From contig JASTWF010000035.1 in NCBI GenBank assembly GCA_030390025.1, forward strand, positions 2,108,001 through 2,172,000: a stretch of DNA of 64,000 nucleotides. Direction: 5' to 3'. The stretch comes from Squalus acanthias. Lineage: Eukaryota. A program made the position numbers and the translations under genes. The notes under the pieces are model-generated. The model searched no databases and was not told where the DNA came from. It was given only the letters and a program-made list of their open reading frames with translations. Below are positions 37,862 through 50,047 of this stretch, in pieces. Numbering within the stretch: position 1 is the first letter of the stretch; each line of letters starts with the position of its first letter.

Positions 37862-38848
37862 TTGCCCCCTCCTGTTTCTCATCTACATCCTGCCCCTTGG
37901 CGACATCATCCGAAAACACATCAGATTCCACATGTACACTGATGACACCCAGCTCTGCCTCACCACATCTATCTCGACCCTTTCATTGCCTCTGATTTGT
38001 CATGCTGCTTGTCCAATTTCCTCGAACTAAATATTGGGAAGACCGAAGTCATTGTCTTCAGTCCCTGCCACATACTCCGTTCCCTAGCCACTGACTCCAT
38101 CCCTCTCCCTGGCCACTGTCTGAGGCTGAACCACACTGTTTGCAACCATGACGTTCTATTTGAGCCTCAGCTGAACTTCCAACCACATATTCGCTCCATC
38201 GCCAAGACTGCCTCTGTAACATTGCCCGTCTCCGCCCTGCCTCAGCTCATCTGCTGCTGAAACCCTCATCCATGCCTTTGTTACCTCTAGACTTGACTAT
38301 TCCAATGCAGTCCTGGCCGGCCTTCCATATTCTACCCTTCGTAAACTTGAGGTCATCCAAAACCCGGCTGCCCATGTCCTAACTCGCACCAAGTCCCGTT
38401 CGCCCATCACCCCTGTGCTCGCCGACCTACATTGGCTCCCGGTTAAGCAACACTTCGATTTTAAAATTCTCATCCTTGTTTTCAAATCCCCCATTGGCCT
38501 CGCCCCTCCCTATCTCTGTAACCTCCTCCAGCTCTACAACGCTCGGAGATCTTGCACTCCTCCAATTCTGGCCTCTTGTACATCCTTGATTTTAATCGCT
38601 CCCTCATTGGCGGACATGCCTTCAGCTGCCTGAGCTCTAAGCTCTGGAATTTCCTCCTTAAACCTCTCCGCCTCTCTACCTCTCTCTCCTCCTTTAAGAC
38701 ATTCCTTAAAACCTACCTTTTTGACCAAGCTTTTGTTCACATGTTCTAATGTGGCTCGGTATCAAATTTTGTTTGACAACGCTCTTGTGAAGCACCTAGG
38801 GATGTTTTACTACGTTAAATGCGCTACATAAATAAAGGTTGTTGTTGC
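37862..38848 (+). mobile_element. L2-clade LINE 3' fragment
   Basis: [47 protein letters not shown]; tail gcgctacataaat...(gtt)n. Confidence 0.85.
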
Positions 38849-38943
38849 TTTGGAGGTCGCGGGTTTGGGAGGTGTCGATGTCTCATTTGTACTGGGTCAG
38901 GATAATAAATGGAGCACCTCAAGCATTTCTATCTGGCTTATCA

Positions 38944-40963
38944 ATCATAGAATCATAGAAAGTTACAGCACGGAAGGAGGCCATTTCAGCCCATCGTGTC
39001 CGCACTGTCCGACAAAGAACTATCCAGCCTAATCCCACTCTCCAGCTCTTGGTCCGTAGCCCTGCAGGTTACAGCATCCCAAGTGCACATCCAAGTACTT
39101 TTTAAATGTGGTTAGGGTTCCTGCCTCTACCACCCTTTCAGGCAGTGAGTTCCAGACCCCCACAACCCTCTGGGTGAAGAAATTTCCCCTCAAATCCCCT
39201 CTAAACCTTCCCCCAATTACTTTAAATCTGTGCCCCCTGGTTGTTGACCCCTCTGCTAAGGGAAATAGGTCCTTTCTATCAACTTTATCTATGCCCCTCA
39301 TAATTTTATACACCTCAATAGCCTCAGTCTCCTTGTTCCAAAGAAAACAAACCCAGCCTATCCAATCTTTTCTCATAGCTAAAATTCCCCAGCCCAGGCA
39401 ACATCCTCGTAAATCTCCTGTGTACCCGCTCTAGTGCAATCACATCTTTCCTGTAATGTGGTGACCAGAACTGCACGCAGTACTCTAGCTGAAGCCTAAC
39501 TCGTGTTTTATACAGTTGAAGCATAACCCCCCCTGCTCTTGTATTCTATGCCTCGGCTAATAAAGGCAAGCATTCCGTATGCCTTCTTAACCACCTTATC
39601 TGCCTGTCCTGCTACCTTCAGGGATCTGTGGACCTGCACTCCAAGGTCCCTTTGTTCCTCTACACTACTCAGTGTCCTACCATTTAATTGGCCAGAAATT
39701 CAGCTTTCAGGCTTCCTGCGGGTGCAAGCATCGCGCGCGTACTTGCCTACCGCGTCTGCAGTTGTGCTTTGGGCCCACGAGGACTTCGGGTCCTGGGCCT
39801 CCTCCAGCTGCCGGCGCGCAGTGCTTGTGTATCCCAGGGGCGCAGTTAGTTCGAAGCGTCCCCTGGGATCACGTGGGCCACGGAGAGCCAATCCTAGCAG
39901 GGCATTTTCATTCATAGATTTTACAGGAAGACCTGTCAAATCTATGAATAGAGATCGGCCCCAAAACTACAGTTAAACTTCAAATAAATTTAAAACAAAA
40001 CATCACATTTTTAAAATAACTATAAGTTAAATAAATTAACTACTTTAAACAAAAATTTAAATTTTTGAAAAAATTAATTATACTTTGTAACGGTGCTAAA
40101 AATAAACTTACCTTTCTTTAAAGTATCTAAAAAAGATAAACCTGTTGAAAAATTTTTTAAATTGTAATTAATTAACCACTTACCTTGTTAAAAACAGGCC
40201 TTGCGCCTCCTTTTTAAATGCGCAGCTTCTTCATACTTACCTTCCCGGAGAAACCTGAAAAAAAAACGAAGTTCGCTGCGTGCGCGCAGCCTCTCCCGCG
40301 CACGCGTTCGACTTCTGAACCCCTCCCTTCAGGGGAACGGAAGTTCCGGTTTTCCGCGCATGCGCAGTGCATGCAGGAAACCGGCACTTTAGGTGGCCTT
40401 ACGGGTGAGTACACAGCGCGTACTCACCCGACAAGCGCCGAATTTCTGGCCCATGTGTATTCCCTTTCCTTGTTAGCCCTCTCCAAATGCATTACCTCAC
40501 ACTTCTCCAGATTGAATTCCATTTGCCACTGTTCTGCCCACCTGACCAGTTCATTGATATCTTCCTGCAGTCTACAGCTTCCTTCTTCAGTATCAACCAC
40601 ACAGCCGATTTTAGTATCATCTGCAAACTTCTTAATCATACCCCCTATATTCCAGTCTAGATCATTGATATATACCACAAAAAGCAAGGGACCTAGTACT
40701 GAGCCCTGCGGAACCCCACTGGAAACAGCCTCTCAGTCACAAAAACACCCATCAACCATTACCCTTTGCTTCCTGTCTCTGAGCCAATTTTGGATCCAAC
40801 TTGCCACTTTGCCCTGGATCCCATGGGCTTTTGCTTTCGTGACCTGTCTACCATGTGGAACCTTATCAAAAGCCTTGCTAAATTCCATGTACACTATACC
40901 AAACGCACTACCCTCATCGACCCTCCTTGTTACCTCCTCAAAAAATTCAATCAAGTTAGTCAG
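38944..40963 (-). mobile_element. 5'-truncated CR1 interrupted by a MITE
   Basis: RT fragments; 3' tail (atcataga)n at 38944. Confidence 0.9.
39689..40452. mobile_element. non-autonomous TIR element (Harbinger-like MITE)
   Basis: TIRs (T)GGCCAGAAATTC / GAATTTCTGGCCC; CR1 sequence is contiguous on both sides. Confidence 0.85.
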
Positions 40964-41196
40964 ACACAGACAATATTCCCACACAGCTCAGGGAGGCATT
41001 TCCATCCTGGGAAAATGAAGGTGTACAGCTGGCCATGTAATCTGAACAGTGATGTGAAAAATAACTGGAGCTGCCTGTAACCTTCCGAGATATCTGCACT
41101 CATCCAATTCAGATGGCGGTGATCAGCACAGAGAAAGACACAGCAGGGAGGAATATAACCACGAGTCACAGCACAGTAAACGACTGATAATACTAC

Positions 41197-41311
41197 CTTT
41201 ATGTACGACAGGCATAAGTCCGCTGTCAATGCTGCCACCTGCCCCCTTGGAATTGCAAAATGGAGGAGCCCAGCCGTTGTCACAGTGACAGTTGCCCTTA
41301 TTGTTACAAGC
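41197..41311 (-). CDS. ADAM exon, EGF-like domain
   Basis: [31 protein letters not shown] fits the ADAM CNxxxNCHCxxxWAPPxC...GGSxDSG signature. Acceptor tttcag|, donor G|gtagta. 115 nt, phase 0 to 1. Confidence 0.95.
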
Positions 41312-41439
41312 CTGAAACAAAATCCACAGCATTTAAAATTTCTCCACTGGTAATAAACAGATTTACATAAAAGAAAATAGTGAAGGATTTTAGAAACACA
41401 TAAAAAGTAAAATGGAGACAAGGGGAAAACTATCTAGCA

Positions 41440-42060
41440 GCTGGAGTCATACCTGTGGTTGTTGGAGGCCAATCATCACAGCTCCAGGACATCACTGCAA
41501 GGAAGTGTCCTCAGCCCAACCACCTTCAGTTACTTCATCAATGACCTTCCCTTCAATATAAGAGCAGTAATGGGGCTGTTCACTGTCTATTCCACAATGT
41601 TTAGCTCCACTCACAACCCCTCTGATCATGAAGCAGCCCACGCCAGCCTACAATAGGGTCTGGATATTGTCCGGAATTGGACTGACAAGTGGTAGGTAAC
41701 AGAGAAGGGCTACACGGGTGCTCCCAGAATTTAAGGAATGAAGTACAAGGAAAGATTGACGATCTGAGTCTTTTCACTCTTGAGAGGGGTATTAATTGTG
41801 TTCATTGTGAAGCAATGGAGAGGGTAGATGAAGGTAGTATGGTTGATGCTGTGTATATGGACTTTCAAAAGGCATTTGATAAAGTACCACATAATAGATG
41901 TGTTAGCAAAATTAAAGCCCATGCAGTTAGCAGGACAGTAGCAGCATGGATACAAAATTGGCTGAGGGACAGAAAGCAGAGAGTAGTGGTGAACGGTTGC
42001 TATTCAGACTGAAGGGAAGTTTACAATGGTGTTCCCCAGGGGTCGGTATTAGGGTCACTG
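41440..42060 (+). mobile_element. degraded LINE RT fragments (poly(A)-tailed family, then CR1)
   Basis: [32 protein letters not shown]. Confidence 0.75.
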
Positions 42061-43077
42061 AACTTTTTGAAACAATAATCAAAGAAAAAATTAACGGGCA
42101 CTTGGAGAGGTTTAAGCTAATTGAGGAGAGCCAACATGGATTTGTATAAACAGATCGTGTTTGACTAATCTAATTCAATTTTTTGATGAAGTAATGGGGG
42201 ATTGATGAAGGGAATGCAATGGATGTTGTCTACATGCATTTTAGGGAGGCGTTTGACAAAGTACCACATAGAAGGCTGGTGAACAAAATTGAGGCTCATG
42301 GAATAGGTGGGTCAGTGGCAGCTTGGATAAGGAATTGGCTTAAGGACAGAAAACAGCGGGTTGTGGTAAATGGCTGTTTTTCAGACTGGAGGATGGTAGA
42401 CAGTGGTGTTCCCCAAGGGTCAGTGCTGGGGCCACTGCTTTTTTTGATATATATAAATGACCTGGATATTGGAATACAGAGTAGAATATCTAAATTTGCC
42501 GATGACACCAAACTTGGGAGTGTGGCAAACAGTGAGGATGATACCAATTGACTGCAACAGGACATAGAAAGGCTAGCAGAATGGGCAGACAAGTGGCAGA
42601 TGGAATTTAATACAGAGAAGTGTGAGGTGATGCATTTTGGCAGAAGGAACAGGGAGAGGCAATATACACTTAATGGCACAGTTTTAAAGAATGTGCAGGG
42701 ACAGAGGGACCTGAGAGTTAGGGGTAGAAATTAGGTCGCGCCCCATTTGGGGCGCAAATATCGTCCGGACGCAAATATTAGCGCCTGGCGCTAATTATCG
42801 GCACTGACAGGAAACTTCACTTTTACCGCCCCGGGAGGTGAGTGGAGCGCTAAAGTAGGCGCTGCACACTTCTCTTAAGGCGCAAAGGCCAAGGAGTGAG
42901 GCGCTAACTCAGCGCACGAGCGCAGCGCAGCTGCTGCCAGTTAGCGAGGGAACACAGACACACTGGCGCCGGACACTTCTTAAAGCGGGGGGGGCCACTT
43001 GCTCCCCAGCCACACCCTGCTCATTGCAGCCTTGAATCTCAGCCTGGAGAGACCTGTAATCCATTTTGCTGCCAAGC

Positions 43078-44952
43078 ATGGAGAGGGTGAGAGAACGCGC
43101 TCATCGCTTCACCGAGCGGGCCTTGGATGCTCTGGTTGACGCAGTGGAGCGCAGACGATGCATGCTGTTCCCGGAGAGTGGCAGGAGGCCTTTGCCACGC
43201 GAGTTCAGAAGAGTGTGGAGGGAGGTGGCTCAGAGCGTCTCCTCCAGGAGCATGGTGCCCAGGACCCATGTTCAATGCCGCAAAAAGTTCAACGACCTCA
43301 CTCGGGTCGTCAGGGTGAGTGGCTTTTTCTCAATACCTCTCCATCCCTCCATCTCAACCTCACTCTATGGCCAGAGGGTCTTAAAACCCCAATGCACAAC
43401 ACTCATCCAACACCTATGGCCCTTTCATCAAACACACACACACATTCTACACTTTGCATACAGTAAGGGCTATTCACCTATGGGAGGCACATCAGGCATT
43501 CCATGGCTGTATATTGTAAGGGCTATTCACCTATGGGAGGCACATCAGGCAAGACCATGGCTGTATATTGTAAGGGCTATTCACCTATGGGAGGCACATC
43601 AGGCAAGACCATGGCTGTATATTTACTCAGATGCTGTCCTTTTTCTTGCAGGCTAAGCTGGCTCATAATCGGAGACAGCAGCAACGGACGGGTGGAGGGC
43701 GGCTTCAGCTGCAACCCCTCAGCGATCTGGAGGAGCGCGTCACAGGATTGTGGCAAGCCGGGTGATCGGTCCCGTCGCCACTGGAGACGCCGACCCCGTT
43801 GTGGACAGCAATGGTAAGGTCATCACCTTTTTGTCCTCTGTCCTTCCACTTGTCCCTCACAATACCAGCCTTTGACACTTTCAATCCAACTTGCTAACTC
43901 GCTGCACTTATTCCTCCCTTACTGCCACCCTGTCCTCACGCTAAAGCCACTCTTGTACCTCCCTGCTTTCAGATGGTGATTCACCAGCTGAGGAGACGGG
44001 CCCTGAAGCTGCCACTGGGAGTGATGCTGCAGCTGAGGAGGAAGAGGAAGCCGGAGCATCAGTGCCACCCTCTCCCGAGGAAGCCCATGCCCACACTGGG
44101 AACACGCCTTCCCCGGAGGGGAGCAGGGGGGAAGGGGCTGATGATGGTGAAGCTCCAGGACCCAGCGGGCTGCAGCAACGCCATGGGGGGGGTAGGGAAG
44201 AACGGGGGCCTTCTCCCCAGAGGGAGAGTATGCCAGACACTCCTACTGCAATGGACGCAGAGGAGGAGCGGCTGATTGCAGAAATGAACACCCAGGCGGT
44301 GGGCATGCACACTGAGCTCATGGGTGCAGTGGGAAGGGTGCCCGATTGCATTGAGTCACTGGCAAGGAGTGTGGAGCACTTCGCTGTAGCACAGGCGGAT
44401 GCCACATTAACGCTTAGTGCTGCAATTCAGTCACTGGCTGCCGTGATCCCACCTCTGACTGCTCTCATACAGACTCAGATGGAGGCCACGCGAGCACAGA
44501 CTGCTGCCAACCTCGATGGTTCGTGCACATGTCCCCGGGGCTGTCACCGCGCCGCAGCAGGCCAGCAACCTGTTCTCCGGCAAATTGCTCCGGATGCTGA
44601 AGTGCTGCCCCGTGGGAGTGCCAGTGTGTCGGGCGAGCAGGGAGTTGCTGGCCTCTCTCACGATGACAGCATTCCTGCTGCCAACACTGTCACTTCTCCA
44701 CTGCACTTGCCACCGCCTGTAGGACAGACTGCTGCCACCCATGCAGAGTTGGTGCAGTCTGCAGCCGGGCCCTCCAGGCCCAGAAGTGGTCGAGGCCGTC
44801 CTTCAGGGGCATCTGCAGTGTCAGGGTCTGATGAGCAGCAGCCTTCCACCAGCCTTGCTGCAGCCACTGAGGTCCCATTACGGAGGAGCAGTAGGGTTAG
44901 AAGGGGGGAAGTGCGCAAGGGAAGGAGATCACGCTCGAAGGGCAAAAAGTAG
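43078..44952 (+). pseudogene. Harbinger Myb/SANT-like gene (exons 43078-43314, 43652-43813, 43973-44952)
   Basis: RAHRFTERALDALV...VWREVA...QCRKKFNDL; AKLAHNRRQQQRTGGG; basic C-terminus; probable frameshifts. Confidence 0.85.
43463..43623. repeat. three ~54-bp tandem units in Myb intron 1
   Basis: gtaagggctattcacctatgggaggcacatcaggca...ccatggctgtatatt x3. Confidence 0.9.
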
Positions 44953-45246
44953 GAGGTGTGCCAAAATGCTGGTCATTTTTTTATTAAAGGCCGAGGTTCA
45001 TGGTCCAACTTTTGTTTAGTGTTTTGGACATTATCTCCAGGTTGTGAGAACCAGTTATGTTATTGACTGTTTTTTTGTGTTTATTTCTATGAGTTTGTCA
45101 TGAGGAATTGACACACACAGAGTTTGTAAAATAAATAAGTTTCTGTATTCAAAATATACATGGCTGGTGGTTGGAATTATTGGTGCCTTGGCCGGCTTAG
45201 GGGTTGTGTGCTGGGTTGATTAGTGTTTGTAGCAATGGCAGGGGCC

Positions 45247-46392
45247 CTAGAAGCGGCTTGCTATTAGTCGTTGACGGACGGCCCTTGCAGTTTGACCATT
45301 GTGGGCCGCCCTCCTGCCTTGGTGCTGCTGATGATCATCGTCCTCGTCCTCTTCCTCTTCCTCCTCCTCCTCTGGTGGTGCTACAAGGCCTGGTGGCATT
45401 GGCTGGGTCCTGAGGATTGCCATGTTGTGCAACATGCAGCACACGACTACGAAGTTCGAAACTTGCTCAGGCGAGTACTGCAGGGCTCCTCCGGAATGGT
45501 CCAGACAGCAGAACCGTTGTTTCAGCACGCCGATTGTGCGCTCAATAATGTTCCTGGTTGCTTGATGGCTTTCATTGTACCGCAGCTCAGCACGGGTGTT
45601 TGGCGTACGGAGCGGTGTCATCAGCCAGGTGCTCAATGCGTACCCCTTGTCCCCCAGAAGCCAACCAACTGGCTGATGCGGTGCCTCGAAAACTCTGCCA
45701 CAGTAGTCTGGCGCAGGATGAAAGCATCGTGGCAGCTGCCCGGATAGTGGGCATTGACAGCGAGTATCACCTGTCTGTGGTCACAGACCAACTGCACATT
45801 CAAGGAATGGAACCCCTTTCTGTTCCTGAATTCCTCTGCATTCTCTCGCGGAGCACGCAAAGCCACATGCGTGCAGTCAATGGCGCCCTGCACCATGGGG
45901 AAGCCTGCTACCCTCGCAAAGCCCAGAGCACGGTCACGCTGCTTGTCTGGGGTCATAGGGAAAGAGATGAAGTCTCGTCTCCTTCTGAAGAGGGCATTGG
46001 TGACCTGCCGGATGCAGCGATGCACCGCAAACTGGGAGATATTGGCGAGGTCCCCAACAGCAGCTTGGAATGAGCCAGTGGCGTAGAAGTTCAAAGCCAC
46101 TGTGACCTTCACTGCCACCGACAGAGACGTCCTGAGGCTGCAGATCTGGCTGCAGCAGGTGGCAGAGCTCAGTGACCACCTCCTTGCTGAATCGCAGCCT
46201 TCGCAAACACAGCTCCTCGGACATATGGATGTAGGAGAGCTGTTCACGATATACCCTGGGAGGGTAAGCTCTCCTGTACATGCGCCTGATGGCCCTCCTC
46301 CGTCTGGCCATCATTGCCACTCTCTGTCTGCGTCTCAGTATCCTCCGATTCAGCTGGAGCAGGACGACGCCCCCAATCATTGCAGCCCCCAT
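45247..46392 (-). pseudogene. Harbinger DDE transposase, frameshifted
   Basis: [56 protein letters not shown], split over three frames. Confidence 0.93.
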
Positions 46393-47596
46393 ATTCTCTT
46401 TGCCAGAAAAGTAATGAGGTACAGCAACTAAAGTAGCAACAAAGTTAGGATGAACTAGGCAAAACTACCTCACAAAGCGTTGAGTCAATGTAGAAGTCTC
46501 TCTCTCTCTCTCTCCGAATCTCTCTCTCTCTCTCAGAACGAGTGGTGCATAAATGTCGACCACAGAAAAAGACAGGAAGAGGCCCCTTTTTAAATAGCGC
46601 CCCCCCCAGCCCCACACCGATTGATAACGTTCCAGTCTTCCGGTCGTTGGAAGCGCCAGGCGGTAAGGCAGGGGGCGCCACTCAATTTCCGCTCCGGGGC
46701 GCCCCAAGGGCGTTGCACCATGGAATGACGTCACAATCTGCGCGCGCAGGTGGTCGCAGCGGTAAGTTTTAGCGCTGCCGCACAATCTCAAGTTAAGTTC
46801 TCGAGCGGCGCAAACAGCGCTGCGCCCGGGCGTTAGCGGCTTAACGCCCCATTAGCGCCCTCTTAAGGCGCTAACGGGAGGCGCAACCAAGTGAATTTTT
46901 ACCCCTTAATGTACATAGATCCCTGAAGGTGGCAGGACATATTGAGAGAGTGGTTAGCAAAGCGTATGGGTTCTTGGGCTTCATAAATAGAGGTATTGAG
47001 TACAAAAGTAGAGAAGTTATGCTGAACCTTTATAAAGCGCTGGTTAGGCCACAACTGGAATATTGCGTCCAGTTCTGGTCACCACACTTTAGGAAGGATG
47101 TGAAGGCCCTTGAGAGGATGCAGAGGAGATTTACCAGAATGGTTCCGGGGATGGGGGATCTTAGCTACAAGGACAGGTTGGAGAAGCTGGATTTGTTTTC
47201 ATTCGAGCAAAGGAGGTTGAGGGGTGATTTGATAGAGGCGTACAAGATTATGACGGGTTTGGATAGGCTAGACGGAGTAAGGCTGTTCCGACTAGTTGAT
47301 GGTACAAAGACTAGGGGACACAGATTTAAGGTTTTGGGCAAGAGATACAGGGGGGATGTGAAGAAAAACTTTTTTATGCAGCGAGTGGTGAGGACCTGGA
47401 ACTCGCTGCCGACGGAAGTGGTGGAGGCGGAGACACTCAATGTTTTCAAGGGGAGACTGGATAGGCACTTGAGGGAAATAAACTTACAGGGCTACGGGGA
47501 TAGAGCGGGGGAATGGGACTGACTGGATCGTGCCACAGAGAGCCGGCACGGACTCGATGGGCCAAATGGCCTCCTTCTGTGCCGTTATGACTCTAT

Positions 47597-48218
47597 GGGG
47601 GAAAATTTCGGTTTTTCCGAGAGGGCGCTAACGGGGCGCAAAGCAACTAGTGCCTGGGCGCGGCGCCGCCAACGCCTCCCGCGAAATTCAGCAGGAGGTT
47701 AGCGGTGGCAGTAAACGCTAGTGCCCCGCTCGCGCCCCGGCCGTGATCTTCGGTAGCGCCCCCTGACTTACCGCCGAACGCTATGTCCGACGGGGTCAGG
47801 GGGCCTACCTGCGGCCGGGGTGGCGCAAATTAAAGGGGAGGTGCCGGGCGGCCATTTTTGTTGCTGGTCGCCTGCCAGCACCTCCCCCGTTGCTGTCCCC
47901 AGCCTCCTCAACGCCCCCCCCGCCCCCCGCAGGGTGCTGGCTGCGCTCCGTGAGCCTGGCACTTCTCTTGAGTGCCGAGCTCTTTTGCCGGCACTGCGAT
48001 CCCTGGTGGCCCAGCTGGGCCCCGTGTCACGCTGCACTAGGCCCCTCCCCTTTAATAAGGGGAGGAAGGCCTGCAGTACTCGCAGCACCCCAAGAGGGAG
48101 GTGGGGTGCTTCCAGTAGCGCCCCACTTCCCTGTTGGGGTGCTACCAGTGAATTTCGGGCGCAGGGGTGCTAATTGTTTCAGGGCGCTAAAGGGGGGCAC
48201 GACCCAATTTTTCCCCCC
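47597..48218. mobile_element. Harbinger-derived MITE
   Basis: GGGGGAAAATT / AATTTTTCCCCC ends; GGCGCTAA-rich; inserted in a CR1 tail. Confidence 0.85.
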
Positions 48219-48228
48219 AAGACTCTAT

Positions 48229-49120
48229 GGGGGAGAAATTCAGTATCGCCCCATTTGGGGCGCAATTATCGGCCGGGCGCAAAGATTAGTGCCTGGCGCT
48301 AATTATCGCCACCGACTGCAAACTTGACTTTTATCGCCCCTGGAGGTGAGTGGAGCGCTAAATCAGGCGCTTCACACCTGTCTTAAGGCGCAAAGGCCGA
48401 GGAGCGAGGTGCTACCTCAGAGTGCTGGCGAAGCTCATGTGATGTCAGTCAGCAATGGAACACACACACAATGGCACGGGCCAGTTCTTAAAGGGGATGG
48501 TTGATCTTGCTTTCCATCCACATCCTGCTCATTGCAGCCTTGAATCTCGGCCTGGAGAGACCTGCACATCAAATCTGCTGGAAAGAACAATGGAGAGTAC
48601 CAGGGAAGAGCTCAGTGTGCAGCCTCCACAGTCTCTTCTAAATCGATACAAGGAATGGCAAATCAAAATGAACCTGCAAAGTGCTGCTCAGTACCCAAAA
48701 CTCCTTCACACAGCGTTGAATCTCTACAGAAGTCTCTCTCCCTCTCTCTCAGAATGCATGGTTCAAAAATGTCACCAACAATAAAAGGCAGGAAGCGGTC
48801 GCCTTTAAATAGCGTTCCCGCACTCCCTTCATGACTGGAGAACGCTCCCCTCAACCTGTCGTTGCTAGCGTCAGGCGGTAAGGCAGGGGGCGCCACTCAA
48901 TATCCGCTCCGGGGCGATACCGGGGCGTTGCGCACTCGACTGACGTCACGATCTGCCGGCGCAGGAGATCGTGGCGGTAGAGTTTAGTGCCGCTGCAAAA
49001 TGTCTAGTTAATTTCGCGAGCGGCGCAAACATCGCCGCGCCTGGGCGCTCGATGATTTGCGCCCCATTAGCGCCCTCTTAAGGCGCTAACGGGAGGTGCA
49101 ACCAACTGAATTTTTCCCCC
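48229..49120. mobile_element. Harbinger deletion derivative (ends homologous to 42721-46905)
   Basis: TIRs GGGGGAGAAATT / AATTTTTCCCCC; both ends match the autonomous element. Confidence 0.9.
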
Positions 49121-49785
49121 ATGAAATTTAACATAGAGAAGTGTGAAGTTATATATTTTGGTAGGAAGAATGAGGAGAGGCAATAATGGTACAATTTTAA
49201 AGGGGGAAAGAAGGAGTGCACGGGGTGTATGTACACAAATCTTTGAAGTTGATAAGGCTATTAAAAAAGCATATGGGATCCTTGGCTTTATAAATAGTTC
49301 AAAAGAAAGGAAGTTATGCTAAACTTTTATAAATCACTGGTTCGGCCTCAGCTGGAGTATTGTGACCAATTCTGGGCAGCACACTTTAGGAAGGATGTCA
49401 CAGCCTTTGAGCGGGTGCAGAGGAGATTTACTAGAATGGTACCAGGGTTGTGGGACTTCAGTTACGTGGAGAGATTAGAGAAGCTTGGGTTGTTCTCCTT
49501 ACAGCACAGAAAGTTAAGGGGAGATTTAATTGAGGCGTTCAAAATCTTGAATGGTTTTGATAGAGTAAATAAGGAGAGACTGTTTCTAGTGGGAGAAGGG
49601 TCGGTAACCAGAGGACACAGATTTAAGGCAATTGGCAAAAGAACCAGAGGGGAGATGAGCAAACATTTTTTTTACGTAGTGAATTATGATGATCTGGAAT
49701 GCACTGCCTGATATGGTGGTGGAAGCTGATTCAATCGTAACTTTCAAAAGGGAATTGGAGGTTTCAAAAGGGAATTGGAGATTTA
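49121..49785 (+). mobile_element. degraded CR1 3' fragment
   Basis: LVRPQLEYC..FW, TRGHRFK. Confidence 0.85.
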
Positions 49786-49887
49786 AGCACACGAGGTCAT
49801 ACTTACAAATGAAGGACAACAAAAGAAAATAGGGAATGCTGGAGGAAGTTGTTTTACTGAAAGGGTAGAAATGTGGAACAGATTACA

Positions 49888-50008
49888 TGATGCGGAGATG
49901 CCGGTGTTGGACTTCACCTGAGGAAGGGGCGATCGATAGCTCCGAAAGCTTGTGATTTCAAATAAAACTGTTGGACTATAACCTGGTGTTGTGCGACCTC
50001 TCAATTTT
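49888..50008 (+). mobile_element. 121-bp Penelope-like insert
   Basis: 12-bp TSD GAACAGATTACA (49876-49887, 50009-50020); hammerhead core followed by AATAAA. Confidence 0.82.
49914..49955 (+). ncRNA. minimal type I hammerhead ribozyme
   Basis: tcac-CTGAGGA-a-ggggc(gatcgata)gctcc-GAAA-GCTT-gtga; palindromic AAGCTT stem III. Confidence 0.72.
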
Positions 50009-50047
50009 GAACAGATTACAGGCATGGGTGATGGAACCAGGAACAAG

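Larger units (their letters stand above)
42721..46905. mobile_element. full-length PIF/Harbinger transposon
   Basis: TIRs GGGGTAGAAATT / AATTTTTACCCC, TTA TSD, convergent Myb-like and transposase genes. Confidence 0.95.
42061..47595 (+). mobile_element. 5'-truncated CR1 split by the Harbinger element
   Basis: RT continues across the insertion (gagtta|atgtacatag); tail (tgactcta)n. Confidence 0.88.

Noticed and set aside
45247..46392. Domesticated HARBI1/NAIF1 host genes
   Set aside because: Frameshifted, and enclosed by TIRs and a TSD, so these are transposon copies.
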